In this document: in pieces, positions 1-14,312 of the stretch
Numbering within the stretch: position 1 is the first letter of the stretch
How the letters are laid out: every line of letters begins with the position of its first letter
Origin: Octopus sinensis
Lineage: Eukaryota
Assembly: GCF_006345805.1 (NCBI RefSeq)
Contig: NC_043010.1
Location: forward strand, 3,534,001 to 3,598,000
Reading direction: 5' to 3'
DNA: 64,000 bases
Translations under genes and position numbers: made by a program
Notes under the pieces: model-generated
The model's database searches: none
Told to the model about the DNA's origin: nothing
The model's input: the letters and a program-made list of their open reading frames with translations, nothing else

Positions 1-29
1 CTATTAACAAAGGCAAAATTCAACATGAA

Positions 30-440
30 CAAACAGGATAAAGCATTCACAGTATCCAAATGTAATGATAACAGATGTGCAACATATCAATGCATGCATA
101 CTGTTAGATCCATTAGAATAAAAAAAAAATGGACAGATTTTCGCAAATGCAGATATGAACTGCAAAAGTAGATATCTGATCTACTTCATTAAATGCCCGA
201 ATTGCGAGGAACTATATATAGGTGAGACAGGGAATGCATTATCAGAATGTTCAGAAGTCCACAGACAACAAATTCAGAAAACCAATGTTCACTAAATTCC
301 ATCGAGTGAACATATATAAAGATATGTGGTCAGAAAATGTTTCTCATTTTTCCTTTCCATGAACAACATGACAGAAGAGAGGTTAGAAGAAAGATAAAAA
401 AAAAGCGGTTTATGAAAATGTTCAAATCTGTTCTGTACAG
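30..440 (+). mobile_element. Decayed Penelope-like element: GIY-YIG endonuclease remnant
   Basis: From 155 it translates MNCKSRYLIYFIKCPNCEELYIGETGNALSECSEVHRQQI (LIY..CxxC..YIG..H). A Cys-rich segment SKCNDNRCATYQC lies upstream. Stops and frameshifts are present. Confidence 0.75.
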
Positions 441-824
441 AAACAACAACAATAATATAACAATCAGCTAATGATGTTGATTAAAAAATATCTCTAATGA
501 TTATAAATAAATGACAGACTATCAGTAAGCCTGGCAAACCATGATGTTTAAGCTGTATGTGGATTGGTCAAAACTGTATTCTAAAAATTCAGCTTGCTGG
601 AGCGTTCTAAGAGATACTACAGTTCTCAGGAACTAAACTGTCAGAAATATTTGAAATCTGATGATTACTCTATGTATGAAAGCACTAATTTAACTTTATG
701 AGCATTACAAAATATTTTTTTAATGTTAAAATACCATAATGAAACATGTGAAAACCAAATCATGTTTTAACTTTATTCAACTGATATACACATTCACACA
801 AATTTGAAAAAAATGTATGTATAT

Positions 825-829
825 ATATA

Positions 830-891
<62 letters not shown>

Positions 892-1030
892 GTATATATA
901 TGTGTGTGTGTGTGTGTGCAAATATATATGTGTGTGTGGTGTGTGTGTGTGTATATATATGTGTGTGTGTGTGTGTGCAAATATATATGTGTGTGTGTGT
1001 GTGTGCATGTATATATATATATATGTATAT
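825..1030. repeat. Compound (TA)n/(TG)n microsatellite
   Basis: Direct inspection. It accounts for the ORF calls at 760-1105. Confidence 0.95.
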
Positions 1031-1147
1031 ATCATCATCGTGACTGACCAGGCTATCAGATGTTGGTACACATCGCAGGTCACAATGCGCTTCACATTAT
1101 TTTAGCCTTCAAATGACACCACCCCGCAGGCTAAGCGAGCAGGCCAA
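1031..1147 (-). mobile_element. Isolated 3' tail of the SINE family seen complete at 32364-32638
   Basis: Reverse complement matches the tail ...ggcctgctcgcttagcc...gtgaccagcgatgtgtaacaa.atctgat...ggtcacg of that copy. Confidence 0.75.
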
Positions 1148-2092
1148 TATGTATATATACATGTGTGTATATATATATATATATATGTATATCTACTACA
1201 TACTACATATTTGGGAAATGCTGTCTGAGGGTGTGTTTGTGGAGATGTTAGCTAACTCTTCCTACATTGTTTTATTGATTTTGATGAAACTTGACACATG
1301 AGTAGAACTCATGTCTGGAAACCTCATGGCACACTCAGATTGTTGAAAATCTCGATAATATGACCCCTGGAAGGGATCCTTATATATTTCTAATATATCT
1401 CATTTTAACAGTCAAGGGAAATAATCCATTCATTTTCCTAAATCATTTGGTATAAATCAAATTGAGTATACTCATTTCTTATCCAGTACAACCCTTCAAC
1501 AAGTAAATGGTATTTTCCTAAACAATAGATCCACCTATTTCAGTTTGTGACTTATACACAAATATAGAAACACTAGCACCGCTAAGGGTAATATTCTTTG
1601 GGAAAGCAGAAAAGCCCTTTTCAGAGTTATTTACTTTGAACTGTTACTATCTCATATCTGATTAGCCTGTTATTACGTAACATGCTTCACAATTCCCGCT
1701 TAAATTCTATATACTCTAGGAACACATTACAAGCCTTTTAGGGGCTATTTTATTTGAATTCTTATTATCGGGTAACTAATTTCATGTTATTACATAACTT
1801 ACATCAATTATTGTGAATTCCTAAGAACAAGATCCTGTGTAAGACAGTTTGGTATTCACTGTAAATGCACAAAAAAAGTTTTAAGGGCTACATACTCTGT
1901 ATTGTTGTTATTGGATTAGTGAAGCAATTATGAGAAGGGAACCAAGGGATAATCCTGACTTTCTAGGGAATTATCGGGTATGTAGGCTAGTATATATATA
2001 TATATGTATATAATATATATATATAGATATATATGTATAATATATGTGTGTGTGTATATATGCGTTTATATATATGTATATATGTGTATATT

Positions 2093-2140
2093 TAAATCCT
2101 TAAAAGTGTTTTAGCCTGAAGGCCGCGGCCATGCTGGGAA
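2093..2140 (-). mobile_element. Very short 3' stub of the CR1-type LINE (TTTAAGGA tail)
   Basis: Homologous to the 3' end of the LINE at 30421-30480. Confidence 0.7.
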
Positions 2141-2386
2141 ATTCTGATACTGATGGTGTATCAAGAAAGAAAGCTTTATTCTTTACCTATAAAATCATAT
2201 TTTGCTGATTCAGACCATCACTAGTTTCTTTATATTCTATCCCACACCACCCAACCTCTCTCTATTAAACAAACATACACACTGTACTAAATTAGTTGTT
2301 GTAATGTTCAAATAATGGCTGCAAAATATTCAACATTTAAAGTAGATGAAAAAAGTTGAACAAGCACCTTTTAATTTGATCACCGT

Positions 2387-2459
2387 GTACATACATACAT
2401 ACATACATACATACATACACACATATACACATAAACACATAATACATACACTCATACAC

Positions 2460-2490
<31 letters not shown>

Positions 2491-2706
2491 TACATACATA
2501 CACACACACACACATACATACATACATACATACATACATACATACATACATACATACATACATACATACATACATACATGCATACATACATACATACATA
2601 CATACACACATATACACACACATAATACATACACTCATACACACATACATACATATACACATACATACATACATACATACATACGTACATACATACATAC
2701 ATACAT
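2387..2706. repeat. (TACA)n/(CA)n microsatellite with an internal higher-order duplication
   Basis: Direct inspection. The interrupting motif cataatacatacactcatacac occurs twice, about 180 bp apart. Confidence 0.9.
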
Positions 2707-4146
2707 AAATTGTTAGAGTCACACAGAGCTACAGAAAATACACTTTCCCTAAATTGATCTCAGACTCCATTCATATCCGTTTGCTAATTCCTAAAATTGG
2801 TAATCAAATTTTTAATTTTATAATGTATGCAATGTATCTAGGGTGCACATGAGAAATCTTATAAAACATAAAGTAAGGACTTTAATTAACCAATGCCAGG
2901 CCCATATCAAAGAGAGGCAAATATTATTAAACAATACTTCAGAAAGCTTGATTACCAACAATTATGATTTCTGACTTTGAAACCAGTTGTTTATTTTGAG
3001 AAGGTTATACATTGAACATCAATATACATACTTAAATCAATATGTATCTTAAATGAGATCTCTAAACATTGACTTCAGCAGATTGCTTTTATAAATATGT
3101 CAATTTTCTAAGCCTACTTTCATAGAATATTGTTCATCTACTTAGTGTTCTCTCATTACTACTTCAACAAATATGGTGAAGTATATGCTTCACTAAAGAT
3201 GTCTCATAAGTCTGAAATATGTTCAGCATTATCTCTCATAATTGCTGAAATTGTCAAAGAGTTATTAATCCTTGAACCAATACTATCTTTTCTGTGTAAC
3301 TTATTTTCCATACTTTATTAGATATGTTAAATCTAACTGAACCATATTGATTTGGGTTGTGAGTAATTTTAAAGCAACAAATATCGCAATGGACTTGTAG
3401 GTTGAATCTAGTTGCATTAGATATATACCCTAGTGGGGTATAAGCGTAGTGCTATATCAAATACAAAGTGTATTAATGTTAGGTACTCAGCTAATAAGAA
3501 TTTCAGTTTTTATATATTAGAGGGTTAAATGCTGTGCAGGCTGAATGAAAAACAGATAAGCAAAGAACTGGCCGATACCAATCATGCAAGTATGCAATAT
3601 TTTTGAGAATTGCTCAATTGATGGTAACTGTTTGGCCAAGTTCATAGCATACTCCACTAAAGCAGAAACAAACAAAAAGGAACCTAAAATGTAAATTGGG
3701 GCAACTGAACTGCCATTCAAAAATTGATTTTATAAGCACAATTTATTGGTCTGTGTGTGTGTATTTTATATATGTGTGTATGTATGCACAAGTGTATGTA
3801 TGTTCTATGTCTCTTTGTCTTTACATTATGTGCTAATTGTAAGCAATATCACTGTCATAAAAGCAGTGTCATTTGTTTACAACCTTCCATGAAAACATGT
3901 CCTACCTTTGTGCTGTTTTTGCTCACTGGATTAGAGGATATGTTACCTTTCTTGGAAGCAGGTGAGGGATGGTGACAGCAAGAATGTATGGTCACTGAAA
4001 AATTTACCTCAATAAATTATATCTGACTCATTACATAGAAATGAGGACATTAAAATGATTGTAGAAATTAGAGAAAGCATATTCAATATATGTTGTGGAG
4101 ATTGTTAATTTCTTTGAAGCAGATAACTGACTTCATTACTTTTCAG

Positions 4147-4206
4147 TTTTGGGGCAACAAAAACATGTCACCTGAAGAATTACATGCAGTGAGAAATTTT
4201 GAGTAG
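4147..4206 (+). CDS. Candidate small terminal exon of a plus-strand gene (frame uncertain; one frame reads FWGNKNMSPEELHAVRNFE*)
   Basis: Acceptor cttcattacttttcAG|, an upstream donor-like site GCAG|GTGAGG at 3961/3962, and about 1.8 kb of repeat-free AT-rich sequence downstream with several AATAAA. No protein recognised. Confidence 0.25.
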   Translation, partial: FWGNKNMSPEELHAVRNFE

Positions 4207-6579
4207 CAACGGAGTGAATTATAATTTTGTATGAATGTGTGTGTAATTTTATAATTTAAATTTTGTATGTTTTTAATTAGAAATTTGAAAAATTGTTTAT
4301 CCTAGTTTTAATATAGGCTACTAATTTATAACAAGATTTTCTCCTAAGGAAATAAAATATTTCTCAGCATATAATTTAAAATGAAAGCATTGCTTGTAAA
4401 TATTATGGATGTTAAGCTGAGAAGTAATGTTGTTGTTGATGAGTGTACTGACCTTCATGTATGACTCTACTACTATCAGATTTATGGAACTTACTTAAGA
4501 AATCAATGCTTTCCATTTGGATCTGTATACCGGATCCATTAGTGGCTAAAGGTAAAAGTGCTAGAAATGAAGTGGGAAAATGCTTGACAGTAATTTTTTA
4601 TCCCTTTAAGAGAAGCTCAGAGCAAAACATGTTAATTGTTACAAATGAAATTATATTTGTTTATCGTGAAAAATAACTGCATGTTTTTTATAAACCTTGC
4701 AAATGTCATTAATTAAATTGCAATAGAACCCTGTTGCTATTAATGACTATAACATTTCTCTATGTTCAAGTAGCTTCCCAGCTTACTGAACATTTCACTG
4801 GTCAATTATTTTGTTTAATTGCTGAAAAAAAAAACCCCATAAAAAATAGAAATGTATGAAGCAAAGATATCAAATCTTGGAAATTATCTTTTTGTATTTC
4901 ATTGGTAATGTATTTTATGCAAATGCAAAGTCTTTTAAAATGCTTTGTTGGATGTTATTTTTAGCTCAGTTAATCAGACATTGTTTTAGGGGTGGGAATA
5001 AGAGAATTTCAGTATAACTGTGGTTAGGTTTTTATTAAAATGTAAAATTAATCCATTTAGTAAATTACACAGGTTTTAACAATCTTGAATATGAACAATT
5101 TATTGTTTTTAAATTTGCTAGCCATTTGAATTAAACATTAAAAAACAATAAAATTAACCTCTCCTCCAAAACAAAGCTTTGTTTTTCTTGAATAAAAATG
5201 CAAATTATTGCATGAAAATAATGTAGTTTTAATAGCAGTTTATTTGATAAAAATAGTAAAGTATGTTGCATCTACTTTAGCCATATTATAATTTGAGGAA
5301 CATTACATATTTCTAAATATATCTTTGCACTGCTACAGACTAAAAGTAATCAAGATATTCAGGTATTTTTTATTTTATTTTATAGGATTTGCTTTCATTG
5401 GTTCTATAAAGTAACTTGAAATATATTAATCAATATTGATTGTAAATTGTGTAAATTTTATTTTTGTCTACCCTTCCATTTTGCTCTTGATATTGAGCAA
5501 AGTTTTATTTATAATGTATATAAAACAAATTGCGTCTAGACTACTGAGAGGTTTAATGAAAATTGTTTGCACAGTTTACGTTTAGTATTAATAAAAATGA
5601 AAATTATTTCACAATTTATATATTTGAAAATTGCTTTTCATAAAATATTTTAAATATATTTTTTGTTAATAAATTTTAAACAGTTGTGATGGAAGTTTTT
5701 GATTTTTGAATGTTGGTACTTTAAAAAAATATATAAATCAGGAGATTATAACTAAAACTTATACAGATTATAATCTCCTAATGTTCACTTAGACTATTTC
5801 TTATTCATAAATCCCCTGTGTTTCTATCTGTTCAACATTATCTTTTTACAGTATGGACATATGAAGTTAAAGAAAATTTTCATCTTATGTAATTTAAAAT
5901 AATCTGAAGAGAGTAACTTTTCATGCCACCGTTCATCAAAAACCCAACATTTTCTGTAAAATTTCATCTATTTGTCAGATATCTGTATTTCTTTCAACAA
6001 TAAGCTTATGAAGAATGTAATAATTCATTGTCTAAATGATCATCTCATGCACTATATAACCTATATTCTTCAGACCACTTGATATAAAAGATAAGATGTT
6101 GGGGCTCTAATTAGGTGCTGATATCTATCTATAGATATGCCTTTGACAAACCATACTCATACTTCTTGCTGTTAGACCCATACATTACATTTGATACAGT
6201 TGATCCTTGGGTTCCCTGTGGAAGACTTGTACTCTGTGTATAGTGGACATCCAAATATTTATATTTGGTTAAGATCAGAGCCTTTACTATGCAAAGAACC
6301 GATATGCAATACTGAGACCTGTCCATTACAACACATACTTTTGTCTTCTGACACTTTCCCTTGATAAACGGCTTTTTAATATGACAGTTAAAACAATTAT
6401 TGTACAATAACGCTATAGAGAAACAGAGCAATGATTTCTTTTTCAAAAATAAGCCTTATAAATAAGAACTTCCTTCCCTAACAAATATTATTCAAAACAC
6501 ACAAACGTATCAGTCCCTTAAATGCTGGATGTTTCTGTCCACACATAACCAATAGTCAGTCACTCTCCTCTACTTTTCC

Positions 6580-6740
6580 ATACAGGACAGTTAAATTCTT
6601 TATCCCTTGATAAAATCAAAATTTTTGTCAACTCCATGGTTTACAGAACTGACTACTGTAATTCCCTAGCTTTAGCAGATACACAACCTTCAAAACATGC
6701 ATTTGTATTATTGCTAACAGACTCTTCAACTTGAATACAT
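6580..6740 (+). mobile_element. Highly decayed L2/CR1-group LINE ORF2 fragment
   Basis: One frame reads KIFVNSMVYRTDYCNSL, resembling the LVHAFVTSRLDYCNSL motif. Confidence 0.4.
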
Positions 6741-9129
6741 CAAACACATTACTAAACTTAAACTGGTCACTAATGTATAAGATACTTTTCTCCTATTCCA
6801 TGTTTATTATTGCATGTGTTAAAATTATGGATATTCTCTTAATGTGTGTTAGAAAAGTGCATTGCACCCTTGTATCCATGAGAAACATCTCAAAGGTTGT
6901 GAACAAGAAGGGTATCCAACCATAAAACGTTACTTCAGGAAACCTAGCCAAATTATACTAGCATGGAAAAGTGAATGTAAAATTAGAAAGATGATGATTA
7001 CTATTATGACTCATTGCATCAAATGTTTCAGATGTTTTATAGGTGAAAGGAACTATATTTTTACCCTTTCAAATTGGTTGATGCATAAAATTTAGGAAAT
7101 TGGATGCTTTTTAACATATAGAGGTTAAATATATCAAACGATTAAGTAGATAATTTTCTAACTAAAAATAGACCACATAAAACTCACAGAGACAACAAAA
7201 TTTCATTTACGAATTAATATTCATTTTCAATTGCTAGTTGTATTTCATACTATAAAATTTCAGGAAATGATCTTGTTGACAAACATATTTTGAAAAATTT
7301 AGTTCAAACTTAGCCAGCTACCAAAGCATGGTGCATTTATCTTTACCATTAAGATTTTCACTTATTTATACATTACAGCTAATGGAATATATTTCTATCA
7401 AGATTTAAGATCCATTGAACTCCATATTTTAGGCTTTTACATGAAGTACAAACAGTTTTTGTTCATAAAAAGTAAAATGGACAACATCAAGAGCATATTA
7501 ACTGCATTTTTTTCCCTCTTTAAAGTAGGAAATTATGTGATAGCATTGCAATGGAAAAAAAAATCAAAAGAAATGTGGAGGATTGAGTTACCACTCCCAC
7601 ACATTAACTCGAAATAAATAAGTTGAAATACTTCAGAGAAATTTAAAGGAAATTGAAAGCTATTCCTTTTCCATGATTAAAAGCTGATCATGATACAAAA
7701 AATATTGCACAGTTGATAAATTGTCAATTTTATAGTAACGATGTATATTCATGATAAATATCGGTGTGATCAGGCCAATTTTCTTTACTTTTGTGGTTAA
7801 TTGTCCATGAACATGTGCTTAGTCTTATTGACTTTTGAGAGTTGTGATATTAATGCTGTTTCTCTTATGTAAAGAAAGAGAAAAGACCAAGAATCAAAAA
7901 TAGTTTGTTCAAAGTTTGCCATATATATTTATGTTCTGTTTGATCATAATTAATATATTTTAAGGAAGTATATCTTTTTAATGTCTTGAATATACTTAGT
8001 TCCTAATCACTTCGCTTTGTATGCATGTATCTGTAATAACCAAAAGTAGAAAGAAAATTTACTTTGCACAAATTATCATATAAATATACCTTTAAAGTTT
8101 ATAAATAATTGTTTATTTCTTTATGTGAAATAAAATTTTCAATTATATCGAGTTTTTATAGTTTCTTTACAATCCAATGAGTTAGAGTCACTTACCACAA
8201 GAAGGAGCAATTATACAATTATCTATTGTTTTGTTAATCTGTGAAAATTTTTTAATCATTAAGGATTCTAATTAACTTGCTTTAATATAATTGAAAGAAG
8301 TTTTTTTTTAATATATGTCAACAATAAGGGAATGGATTATGTCAGTAGCTTAAGAGGAATACATACATATATATATGTATATATATACTGGCTTCTACAT
8401 TCTTATTTTATACCAGCTTTGTTGTAATAGTTGAAGATTGTAGCTATGAGAATTTTGTTAACTTTCCATTTAATTTTGAAGTGTAAAACAAGAAAAAGTA
8501 GATATAGTGATCAAGTATCAGACGAGGAAAAAAAATTACAAACTGATTTTCATTTTAATATTGTAGATATTTTTGTATTAGTGAAATGGCTCGGTATGTT
8601 CATACTTTGTGAGTGAATATTCCCTGTAATTGTTCTGTTGTACTTCTAGACAGGCCACTTAATTCTAAATGCTTCTGTTCACCTATCTTAATAATATAAT
8701 ACTCTAAAATTCATCTGGAAATATTGTGTGATAAAGTGGAGTCCTATCTAGGGGAAGATTCATCTTTCAGCTATCTAATGTTACTGAATCAAGCAAAATT
8801 TTGCCTTTGAGACTTATAGCTTTCAGAGTCAATCAAACATAAAAAAGAATGAAATGTTTTACTCAGTAAGCATTACTATCAGGAACCTAAAATGATAGAC
8901 AAAAGTGTTCTCTTTAAGATGCTTCTGATTATATCTATGTGATGTATAACAATTGAACAGTCCATCTACTTGTCCTGTAAATGGTGAAGTTAGTTTAATA
9001 TAATGCTAAGATGTCAGACATAAACACAGTAAAAGCTACTTAAAGTTACCTTTTATAGCGATATTTACATAAAATAAATAAATCTCCATGATTATTTTAG
9101 CTTTCTGTACATAGGATTTTCAAAACAGG

Positions 9130-9268
9130 GTTCTCTCTCTTTTTATTTTTCTCTCTGTTTCTCTCTCCCTCTCCTCTCTCTTTTTCTCTCCATCTCCTCC
9201 CTCTCTCTATTTCTCTGTGTCTCTCTATTTCTCTCTCTTTATTTCTCTTTCTCTCTCTCTCTTACTCT
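9130..9268. repeat. Degenerate (CT)n tract
   Basis: Direct inspection. Confidence 0.85.
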
Positions 9269-11714
9269 TAATGTTTTTGTCAATAGAGCACTCCTTTAAC
9301 AGTCACATTATCTATCTCTAGTAAATATCCTTTTGAAACCTAGCAACATTGTTAGATGAAGAATAATAGAAAAAAGTATAAAAACTATTTGGAGAGATGA
9401 AGGGGATATATGCAAATGTTCTTGAGAGGTTAAATGGCTGTAAGCTGATGATACTTTCTCAAGATAAAGAGACAATAAACTGGAAAATAAGGAATCTATT
9501 TAGTGATGCTCCCAAGAGATAAGAAGTCTGTATAATGTTTTTAAAGGAGGTTATGAACTGATCATAGCATTCCTACTTCGATGGAGAATATGGATTAGAG
9601 TCAGAGAAACTATATTATGTTTGCTGCTAAAAAGAAAATGAGAATATTTTGGTATTAACATAGATGTAGGAATACTATTTTATGTTTAATTCCAGCTAGG
9701 TTTTAATTTTCTCCTGCTACCCATACATATTTGAAAAATTGATAGCAGTATTAGTGAAAAATGAAAGTGGAAGAATTTATTTTATGCACTTCCTAATATT
9801 AATCTTTTGTGGGGAAACTGCATTTCTTTAAATATAATCATGTTCAGCTTCTAATTTAAACAAAAATTAGATATTTTTAAACTCATTTATAAAAAAGCCT
9901 ATTTTCAGCAACCCAGCTGACAACAGATGTAAAATGGTTGTTAATCAGTAATCAACTTCTTGTGAACACCTACAAATGCTTTTATCTAAGATTAATTGAA
10001 AGATAAAAGAAGACTGTGAAATGCTTCATTAGTGCTATACAGTTAATTGGAATGTTTGCAATGGCATTTCTTTTCAGTTTAGTAGTTTGTTAATAGATGA
10101 TTAACGAATAAGTTGATTATGATCTTGACTAAGATTTTACAAGGAATGACATTCTTACTACTCTCCAGTGAAGGTGAGTAATGGAGCCACATCCATAACA
10201 AACATTTCTTGTTAAGACCTTGAGGCAAGATTTTTCTGTCTTCATAATGTTAGAAACAGTTGGATGCTAAAAATCTTTACAAGTAGCTTCTTTTGTGAAA
10301 GTAACATGTGATAAGTTGACAGTGTCTAACACAAGATGGGTTCGTCAATTCTAAAAGAATCTAATTATCGGGAATGTTATATCAACAAAGCATCTAATGA
10401 ATTCAAGACGGATATTGATTAAACTTGACGTGAATTCTATTGCTATCTTCACTTGTCTCTTATTATGGTACATAAAAATATTTTAAAGTTATTCATATCA
10501 ATGCATAATCAAAAAGGCTTAAATCTAAAAGGTCAGTAATAATTTACTGGGGAATTTTAACGGCTCTGCAAAGGAAGCTGTCACAATAAGAAGAAAATAT
10601 TTTATGCAATAAGGTGGAAAATTGTTTTTTTAATATTAAAAAACTCAGAAGAATAAACTTAATGATGAGTGAAATTATATTCAAATATAAAACTGCTGAG
10701 ATAATATATTTCTATATTTTCTCTGTAATTTCGAAATAAGTGAATCTCCATCTTGTGTGTATAGACATTCACATGCATCCACACTTAAGAATTCATATAA
10801 TAATGCATATTGATTGAATATTTGCCATTTAACAATTTAATTATCAATTTTAAAATAAAATACTTCACAAGAAAAAAGAGTCTTTGTATCTGTGTTCAAG
10901 AAATATTTTTAGAATGACGTTTTAATGACTTTGAAGTGCTCATATATCAGGAAGTATTTCACATCTCTGCTACCATTATCATATTCTTGATATATATATA
11001 TATCATATATATACACACATGAAAGAAGAGCATTGTAGCTTGAAGATTTGTATTAAGAAGTGAAGATGGAGAATCTTACAATGTGAAAAGCTTACTAATC
11101 TTACATATCAAATGCGTGTGTCAATCTGCATATATATATAACATATATAAAATTCCTTTTGGAATGGTGTCACCTGAAGCAGATAAAACTCTGAATAATC
11201 ATATGTAAAAGTTGGGTAAAAAATTCTTTGGACTGAAAAAATTGAAGGCTGCCCATGGGACATGAACCATATTTTCAGTAAATATGACAGAAGCCATCGA
11301 CTTTTTCTAACCAAAAGGTTTTTTGAACCTAATATTTACACACTATTATTTATAGCTTTGTCTGCTTTGAGTTTCACTGCTCCAACAAAGAATTATTTCA
11401 CTTCTCTTGGAATTTATAAATTCTTATGACATCAGCAAAACACACCCACACACATGTGTGGGTAAACAGTTTCTTTTTAATGGCTAGCATATAATATAGT
11501 TTCTCCAACTCTGAACCTTCAATATTATATATGGCTGTATATTTGAATGTATGCATGTATGCTTTTTTTTATTACTTAGCTATGGACAAAAGGTGGTGAG
11601 ACCCACACTTTATAGGCTTCTGTGACTAATAGAAGAAAAGGAAGAAGTTATCTTCAAACCAGAAACCAGGCCTGGATAACTACAACAAAACAAATTCGGC
11701 TAAAGTATCTGAGA

Positions 11715-11990
11715 ACCAGGTAGAAATGTTTAACTGGGTAACATATTAAGTCAACCTCTGAATTAGGCTAAAGTTGAATTTGAACTCAGAATACAAAGAA
11801 GCAGAATAAAAACTACAAGGCATCCTAGACAATGCCCTAACAATTCTGCCAGTCGACTACCTAGCCTGGTATTGTATTTATTGACCCAAGAGGGATGAAA
11901 GTTAGGGCTAGCCTTGACAGGATTTGAACTGAGAATACAAGAAGCCAGAATAAATACCACAATACATTTCATTTGCTGCTCTAATGATTG
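11715..11990 (-). mobile_element. Two degenerate tandem copies of SINE family B
   Basis: Contain gaatttgaactcagaa and tttattgaccc...ggatgaaag core remnants. Confidence 0.55.
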
Positions 11991-12012
11991 TTCTAATTTG
12001 CCCCTTACAATG

Positions 12013-12062
<50 letters not shown>

Positions 12063-12789
12063 TGCACATATGTTTATGTTAACAATCTCTCATGGAATTT
12101 TTATCTCTCCGAAGTAGTCGTATTTCAAGAAGCCAAAATGCCTATTGGTGGTATTAAAAGTAATTCAACTGGAGAGAGTGTGAAAACCTGTTGGGTTACT
12201 GCAAACATCTTCACTCATTTAGGTCAAAGAATTGGGAAAATTCCACATCTTTGTCTCAACTCATCAGGAAACTCAAGGATAAAAAATGTGAGTGTCCTCC
12301 TTAGAGCACTTTTAATAACGAAAGACACAAAAGATTTCAAAAAAATACACAAACTGGCTGGATTTGTCTAAGAGAAAGTATCTAGATATGAAAGCAACCA
12401 GTGATATTCCTAACCAGAGGATTGAGATATTATTTAATTGACATCATTTGAAGAGTTTGCTTCTAAATACTTGCAATCTCCAGGCTTACTGACGCAAATT
12501 GTTGCCTGTGGATTTAATGAGCTTTGCATATTACTTGTACTTGATGTCCAAGCACTTTGCTTAGATACTGTCCTTCATACTAGTGTAGTCTAGTTAAATT
12601 TTGATAGCAAAAATGTAACCTACATTGAGAATTGAGAATCAGCCTACCAAATGCTTTGGGGACGTTAGTTTCATCACCTATATAATAATTTCTGATTAAT
12701 CATGCATGGCATTTATATGTGTAGAAATTCAAGGTAGTAATATATCGTTATTTGATGTTCTACATGTTATTCACCCAATGTTTCATCAT

Positions 12790-12841
<52 letters not shown>

Positions 12842-12843
<2 letters not shown>

Positions 12844-13000
12844 CGGAGAGTTTACGAAGAAAACAAAAGACGAAGACAGGTGGTGTACAAAACAAACAGA
12901 TGTATTAGTATAACGCTCAGGAATAGGAAAAATCTTTTACATTTCGAGCCTACGCTCTTCTACAGAAAGGGACACAGAAGAAACAAGGAGAGAAAGAGTG
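12842..13000 (-). mobile_element. Short PLE-like repeat next to (TA)n with a degenerate hammerhead-like core
   Basis: Minus strand reads cttt-CTGTAGA-A-GAGC-gtag-GCTC-GAAA-t-GTA-aaag. Confidence 0.45.
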
Positions 13001-14134
13001 TATGTGTGTGTATATGAGTATGTATGTTTGTGTGTAATATTGGTGTATGTGTGCATGCGTTGTCTTGTTTTTCTTGTTACTTCTGGTGTTTGTACTGTTG
13101 TTAAGATGACTATAAATGATTATCTTGCTATGTACCAATGGATGAAGGTGCAGGTAGAGGTGCAGTAGTGGTTATTGGTGGCTGTAAGAATGGTAGTAAT
13201 AGTAACATTACAAATAGTGGAGTTTTTATGGATCAGTAGATGTCTAGTCAGAATATCATTATGATAGTTTTGTTAACATTTCTATGGTCAGATGTAAATT
13301 AAATTGGTCTTGTATTTTTGAAGTGATTCTGGAAAGAGTTTCAATATAAACTACAAGAACTTAAATCATTGCACATTGGTGGAAATAATGTGACACTAAA
13401 AGAAAGTCTGATGCTAATGTCTGCAAAGTTAGATACTATGAGAAAAATAATTCCAAAACTTTTAAGGTGTCCAAAATAAGAGGAAGTATAAAACATTTAG
13501 TTATTTATGTTCTTGGAAAAGTTGACATGGTTTGAGTTGGTTCACATTCAGTTACTGCCTTTCCAGAAGGATTGGGTGACCATGTATTACTTGTGCTTAC
13601 TATCTTTGGAATGGTTTCAATGGCATGATGCCTTTCTTAATACCAATTACTTTACCCAGTGTATTTGGTGCATTTTATTATGGCAGCAACTCTTGTGAGG
13701 TGCTTTGTACCCTTGAGACAAAGGAGTCTTCATTAATCTTTGCTGTCTCCTGTTCAGGAGTGTGTAGAAGATGAACTGAGTTAATTAGAAAGAGGCAAGA
13801 GTATGATGGAGGAAAACGGACTGGGAGTGTGAGTAGTGTGGAAGGAGAGGAAAAATTGGTTAGCTGTTTCCAGGGGTAACGGTAGTATGTGATAAATGTT
13901 AAAACTGAATTAGCTGGTGAGAGAAAATGTGAATGATGATGGTCAAGATGGTGATGGCAATAAGAAATTGACCTGCGGGAGAAGATGTTACAGGAGAATA
14001 GAAGGATATATACCTACATATCTAATGCAATCCATTATTACACATAGTAGTTGGAGAGAGTCATAGACAGAAATGGATGGTGATATACACAAATATACAG
14101 GCACTCACAGACATACATAAATATATGCTTATGT

Positions 14135-14312
14135 GAGGTGGTGAGCTGGAAGAAACATTAAAATGCTTAGCGGTATTTTGTCTGTTTTTACATTATGAGT
14201 TCAAATTCTGCCGAGGTCGACTTCGTCTTTCATCCTTTCAGGCTTGATAAATTAAGTACCAGTTTGTCCCTCCCCCAAAATTTTGGACCTTGTGCCTAGA
14301 GTAGAAAAGAAT
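14135..14312 (+). mobile_element. SINE family B (tRNA-like head; core GCCTTTCATCCTTTCGGGGTCGATAAATTAAGTACCAG)
   Basis: Matches multiple other copies in the window. Confidence 0.85.

Noticed and set aside
525-580. Possible hammerhead relic downstream of the PLE endonuclease (CTGGCAA-ACCA...TGGT-CAAAAC-TGTA)
   Set aside because: Too many core substitutions to call.
3517-3720. Minus ORF with hydrophobic FLFVSALVEYAMN, reminiscent of Cys-loop receptor TM3
   Set aside because: The hydrophobic part coincides with a T-rich tract, there is no flanking TM1/TM2 context, and no compatible exon was found; probably chance.
6129-6446. 105-aa minus-strand ORF
   Set aside because: No recognisable domain or splice context; it sits among decayed retroelement remnants.
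10078-10173. Plus-strand segment between tttcAG| and a strong GAAG|GTGAGT donor
   Set aside because: Stops in all three frames; it could be a non-coding exon but there is no further support.
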